From a virus (lineage: Duplodnaviria > Heunggongvirae > Uroviricota > Caudoviricetes), in the IMG/VR virus record IMGVR_UViG_2663763000_000012: DNA of 30,351 nt. One strand, given 5' to 3'. Within the stretch, counting starts at the first letter, position 1. Each line of letters opens with the position of its first letter. A model generated the notes under the pieces. The model was not told the DNA's origin. It ran no database searches and saw only the letters and a program-made list of their open reading frames with translations. Below are positions 27,280-30,351 of the stretch, in pieces. The position numbers and the translations under genes were made by a program.

Positions 27280-27521
27280 TCGCTATATGCCCTCTCCGCA
27301 GAATCAATCATTTCCCGGCCATTATCGGTAATACAGAAACCTTCTCTTGATTTGGTCACAAGCCCCCATTTCCCCATTGCTATAAATGCTTTTTCCACAC
27401 GACTAGGACAGGAGCGGAAGACATCGCTTGAAGGATGTAGTGGAGTCTTGTCATCTAATTTTTTAAGTAATGAAAGTTGATAATCTGTTAAGCGTTTCCT
27501 GAACCATTTTGTATTTGTCAT
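27276..27521 (-). CDS. Hypothetical small early protein
   Basis: ATG at 27519-27521 with GGAG immediately upstream (MTNTKWFRKRL...); the ORF-track start at 27527 is TTG. Confidence 0.6.
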   Translation of the reverse strand: MTNTKWFRKRLTDYQLSLLKKLDDKTPLHPSSDVFRSCPSRVEKAFIAMGKWGLVTKSREGFCITDNGREMIDSAERAYSE

Positions 27522-27535
27522 CTCCAACTTCCCTG

Positions 27536-27748
27536 TTATTTATTGAGTCCTAGATTATGGAATTTGGCAGACTCCTGACTGAGCAACTCGACTATCTCCA
27601 CGCGGGATAACTCCGCCTTTGTGATGTGGCGAATCATGGCATCAAGATGAGACGAAAAGCGCGTTGCTGCATCGGCCTGTGCTTCGGTTCTGGCCTGTTG
27701 CAGCATTAATGCGTATTTACCGCACTGATTTTCAGAAACTGTATGCAT
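27536..27748 (-). CDS. Hypothetical small early protein (orf80-like position)
   Basis: 70 aa ORF with ATG start downstream of B in the early operon. Confidence 0.6.
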   Translation of the reverse strand: MHTVSENQCGKYALMLQQARTEAQADAATRFSSHLDAMIRHITKAELSRVEIVELLSQESAKFHNLGLNK

Positions 27749-27811
27749 GACTTTCTCCGGGCAAAAAGAAGCCCCGCACGATTAAGCGCGTTAAAAACTC
27801 TGGTTAATTAT

Positions 27812-28318
27812 TTAATGCAGATATTGCTCTGGTTTTACCGACGTCAGAATTGTCGGTGCATATTCAAACAGACTGAATAATTCACGTAATGCACGGAATA
27901 AAGCATCACGCCAGTAACATGACTCTTCATTAATTCGCCAGTATGGCTGATTAAATTCTTTTTCTGTCAGTCGTGCGTGCATAAATAAAGTACGGCGCTG
28001 ACTGACAGTTAAAAAGCTAATATATGCATACTCACTTGCACCGACCTGACGGCGTTTTGAGAATGCCCCACGCAATTCATCAATTGCACAAACCAGCCGT
28101 TCACGTTCGACGTCGTTCATTTCTTCAAAACGCATCGTTGCATGACGCTGTTTTAACTGTGCATGGAAGCAAACCGTTAGCCGTTCGCGCTCCATCATCT
28201 GATTATAATAATCACATGTCTCCTGCCAGCGAGGGACGGCAAGATGCTTACCAATTATCCGGCGCATAGTTGCTGGTTGTTTTTCAACGAGATTGAGCGT
28301 CATCACTGTCATTTCCAT
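27812..28318 (-). CDS. B: Replication protein B-like (helicase-loader candidate)
   Basis: 168 aa ORF in the position of P2 gene B (after cox/orf78, before the small ORFs and A); the size is close to the P2 B I remember. Confidence 0.7.
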   Translation of the reverse strand: MEMTVMTLNLVEKQPATMRRIIGKHLAVPRWQETCDYYNQMMERERLTVCFHAQLKQRHATMRFEEMNDVERERLVCAIDELRGAFSKRRQVGASEYAYISFLTVSQRRTLFMHARLTEKEFNQPYWRINEESCYWRDALFRALRELFSLFEYAPTILTSVKPEQYLH

Positions 28319-28566
28319 ACCCTCCGGCTTTTCAGAAAGGTCAGAGCCTTTTTTAACGGACTCTGTTTTTTGGTGCGGATAATGATTCCCTTACGCCCCT
28401 TACCGTGGGTAATGGTGAAGTCAATCGCCCTGGGGCTTTCGTTACGCAATAACTGAGCAATACAACGAGGCTCGTTCATCCTTTCCACCTTAAGCCGCAC
28501 GGCCATGTCTTGATTTGCTGTAACTAATGCGATTTTTCCAGTCATGCCATTCTGTCGGAGCTTCAT
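28309..28566 (-). CDS. Hypothetical small early protein (orf78-like position)
   Basis: ATG at 28564-28566 (the ORF-track start at 28569 is TTG); basic C-terminus; overlaps the 3' end of the cox-like gene, so the true start may be further downstream. Confidence 0.45.
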   Translation of the reverse strand: MKLRQNGMTGKIALVTANQDMAVRLKVERMNEPRCIAQLLRNESPRAIDFTITHGKGRKGIIIRTKKQSPLKKALTFLKSRRVWK

Positions 28567-28846
28567 CAACTAGTTGGGCTGCGTACTTGTCCCACTCACG
28601 GCGATTAATCCATAACTCAGCATGACCGCCCGGCTTTAATGGGTCCGTCATATAAAAGGCTGGTAACTTGCCTGCTTTCGCCATTTCAGCAACAGCACGA
28701 GGCGTCTTACCGATGTAAAGAGCAAATCCCTCTTTCGAGAGCAAATCCGACGGTGCGGCTGCAAGTTTGATGTCACATTTTTTACTTTTTGTGAGATCAG
28801 ATACTTTTTCTCCAACATCGTTATTCATTTCTGATCCAATACTCAT
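28490..28846 (-). CDS. cox: Cox-like excisionase / early-operon regulator
   Basis: Segment ...FALYIGKTPRAVAEMAKAGKLPAFYMTDPLKPGGHAELW... resembles the P2 Cox helix-turn-helix region as I recall it (IGK..AV..M..GKLP....MTDP); first gene of the early operon, divergent from C; ATG at 28844-28846 with GAGGA upstream. The N-terminus is longer than P2 Cox, so the start is uncertain. Confidence 0.65.
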   Translation of the reverse strand: MSIGSEMNNDVGEKVSDLTKSKKCDIKLAAAPSDLLSKEGFALYIGKTPRAVAEMAKAGKLPAFYMTDPLKPGGHAELWINRREWDKYAAQLVDEAPTEWHDWKNRISYSKSRHGRAA

Positions 28847-28950
28847 TTTGATATCCTCAACTTTGGTGCCATTCAACCAGAGCTATTTGAAGCCGCTCTG
28901 CGTTGTTCTGGTGTGTCGCATACAACATAAATTACGAGATACGACAATTC
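28847..28950. promoter_or_regulatory. Immunity switch region (divergent Pe/Pc promoters and operators) between cox and C
   Basis: 104-bp intergenic region between divergent cox-like and C genes; contains direct heptamer repeats ATACAAC (28919-28925) and ATACGAC (28939-28945) spaced 20 bp apart. Confidence 0.45.
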
Positions 28951-29262
28951 ATGTCAAATACACAAATCACATCTCAAGCAGAGAAACTCGCACTTATTCG
29001 GGAGTCAGAAAGAATGACAAGGAAGCAAGTTGCTGAATTAACTGGAATTAACTACAACACCTATGCTGGATATGAGCAGGGAAAAGTAAAGATGTCTTTT
29101 GACGCAGGCATGAAATTTTTCAAGCCTGAAAGATTTCGCAAGTACCGTGACTGGTTCATGTTTGATGAAACTGATCCCGCTGGCGGACAAATAGCCCCGG
29201 CGCTCGCGCACATTGGGCAAGACTCAACAACCTTGCACCACTCAGACCAAAAGACTGGCTGA
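28951..29262 (+). CDS. C: Immunity repressor C
   Basis: ATG at 28951 (the ORF-track start at 28903 is TTG); MSNTQITSQAEKLALIRESERMTRKQVAELTGINYNTYAGYEQGK... has an HTH and the C-terminal GQIAPALAH motif I recall from P2 C; about 103 aa. Confidence 0.85.
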   Translation: MSNTQITSQAEKLALIRESERMTRKQVAELTGINYNTYAGYEQGKVKMSFDAGMKFFKPERFRKYRDWFMFDETDPAGGQIAPALAHIGQDSTTLHHSDQKTG

Positions 29263-29355
29263 CGATTTATTCAGCATATGTATGCAGTAAATGTACGAAA
29301 GAAAATTGCATTAATTTTCAAGTAGTAGAAGTAAACAGCGTCATCGGAGGGCTTT

Positions 29356-30351
29356 ATGTCTATTAAAAAGCTCGATGATGGTCGTTATGAAGTGGACGTC
29401 AGACCGCAGGGTGCAGATGGAAAACGTATCAGGCGGAAATTTAAAACTAAAGGTGAAGCTCAAGCATTCGAACGTCATGTACTGGTTAACTACCACAACA
29501 AAGAGTGGCTGGAGAAGCCAGCCGACCGCCGAACTCTTACAGAGTTGTTAGGCAGATGGTGGATATATCACGGAAAATCACATGAGCGTGGAGATATTGA
29601 ACGGGGGCGTTTGACGACAATAATCGCCAAATTTGCAGAAATGGTAGTGTCCAGAGCTGACCAGCTAACAAAGAAAACGATAACTGATTATCGCGTTGTA
29701 ATGATGAACGATGGTCTAAAACCAGCCAGCGTAAATCGGCATCTGGCAATAATGAGCGGGATGTTCACCAAGTTAATTGACGCCGGTGAATACCATTCTC
29801 ACAACCCGTTCCGTGAGGTTAAGCGATTACGTGAAGCTGTTACAGAAATGGCTTTTTTGTCCAGTGAAGAGATTACACGGCTGTTATCCATGCTCGATGG
29901 TGATGAATTAAATGCGACTCTGGTCTGCCTTTCTACTGGTGGACGCTGGAGTGAAGTGTCTAATTTAAAAGCTGAACACATCATTAACCAGATGGTTACG
30001 TTTATGAAAACTAAAAACGGAAAGCGCAGGACAATTCCCGTTTCGCAGGACCTGATTAAACGGATCAAGACCAAAAATTCAGGCAGGCTTTTTAATGCCA
30101 GTTACTACAAAGTGCGCAACGCTCTCAGGGAAGTAAAACCCGATTTACCTGACGGACAGGCAGTGCATGTTTTGAGGCATACATTTGCCACACATTTTAT
30201 AATGAATGGAGGTAACATAATCACATTGCAGCGCATCCTGGGTCATTCTAACATTCAGCAAACTATGACCTACGCACACTTTGCACCGGATTTCTTACAA
30301 GATGCAGTGACTCTTAACCCGGTGTCAGGAATGTCCATAATGCGTCCATAA
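29356..30351 (+). CDS. int: Tyrosine integrase (P2 Int family)
   Basis: 331 aa, ATG preceded by GGAGG; catalytic-type motifs TGGRWSE, HVLRHTFATH and TMTYAHF (R...HxxR...Y); the stop TAA is the last codon of the window. Confidence 0.92.
   Translation: MSIKKLDDGRYEVDVRPQGADGKRIRRKFKTKGEAQAFERHVLVNYHNKEWLEKPADRRTLTELLGRWWIYHGKSHERGDIERGRLTTIIAKFAEMVVSRADQLTKKTITDYRVVMMNDGLKPASVNRHLAIMSGMFTKLIDAGEYHSHNPFREVKRLREAVTEMAFLSSEEITRLLSMLDGDELNATLVCLSTGGRWSEVSNLKAEHIINQMVTFMKTKNGKRRTIPVSQDLIKRIKTKNSGRLFNASYYKVRNALREVKPDLPDGQAVHVLRHTFATHFIMNGGNIITLQRILGHSNIQQTMTYAHFAPDFLQDAVTLNPVSGMSIMRP

Noticed and set aside
1-30351. CRISPR arrays, rRNA genes or transposase/IS elements
   Set aside because: No regularly spaced direct repeats, rRNA-like sequence or transposase ORFs were seen; the only recombinases are the phage integrase and the tail-fibre invertase.

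Overview
The window is an almost complete P2-family (Peduovirus-like) prophage of an enterobacterial host, in inverted orientation relative to the usual P2 map. From left to right: a noncoding junction with terminators (1-318), ogr, the late tail operon D-U-T-E/E'-FII-FI on the minus strand, a serine DNA invertase with an invertible tail-fibre segment (about 7553-9358), tail fibre H/G, baseplate I-J-W-V, tail completion R/S, the lysis cassette (lysC/lysB/lysA/K/Y), X, L, terminase and capsid genes M-N-O, divergent P (terminase ATPase) and Q (portal), the cos site (22095-22113), an AT-rich single-gene cargo locus (22269-24206), replication gene A, small early ORFs including a TraR/DksA-like zinc finger, B, cox-like, the C repressor and a tyrosine integrase ending at the window edge. 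Gene identities come from reading the supplied translations against remembered P2 proteins, gene order and sizes; no database search was run. The best candidate for an undescribed system is the AT-rich 610-645 aa ORF between cos and gene A, the position of tin/old in P2, with a C-terminal R-x4-H (HEPN-like) motif and no Walker A motif. Second is the Gin/Cin/Pin-type invertible tail-fibre switch at the P2 Z/fun position, with two 26-bp crossover sites in inverted orientation. A conserved -1 programmed frameshift (E/E') and an embedded lysC lipoprotein gene are also resolved.
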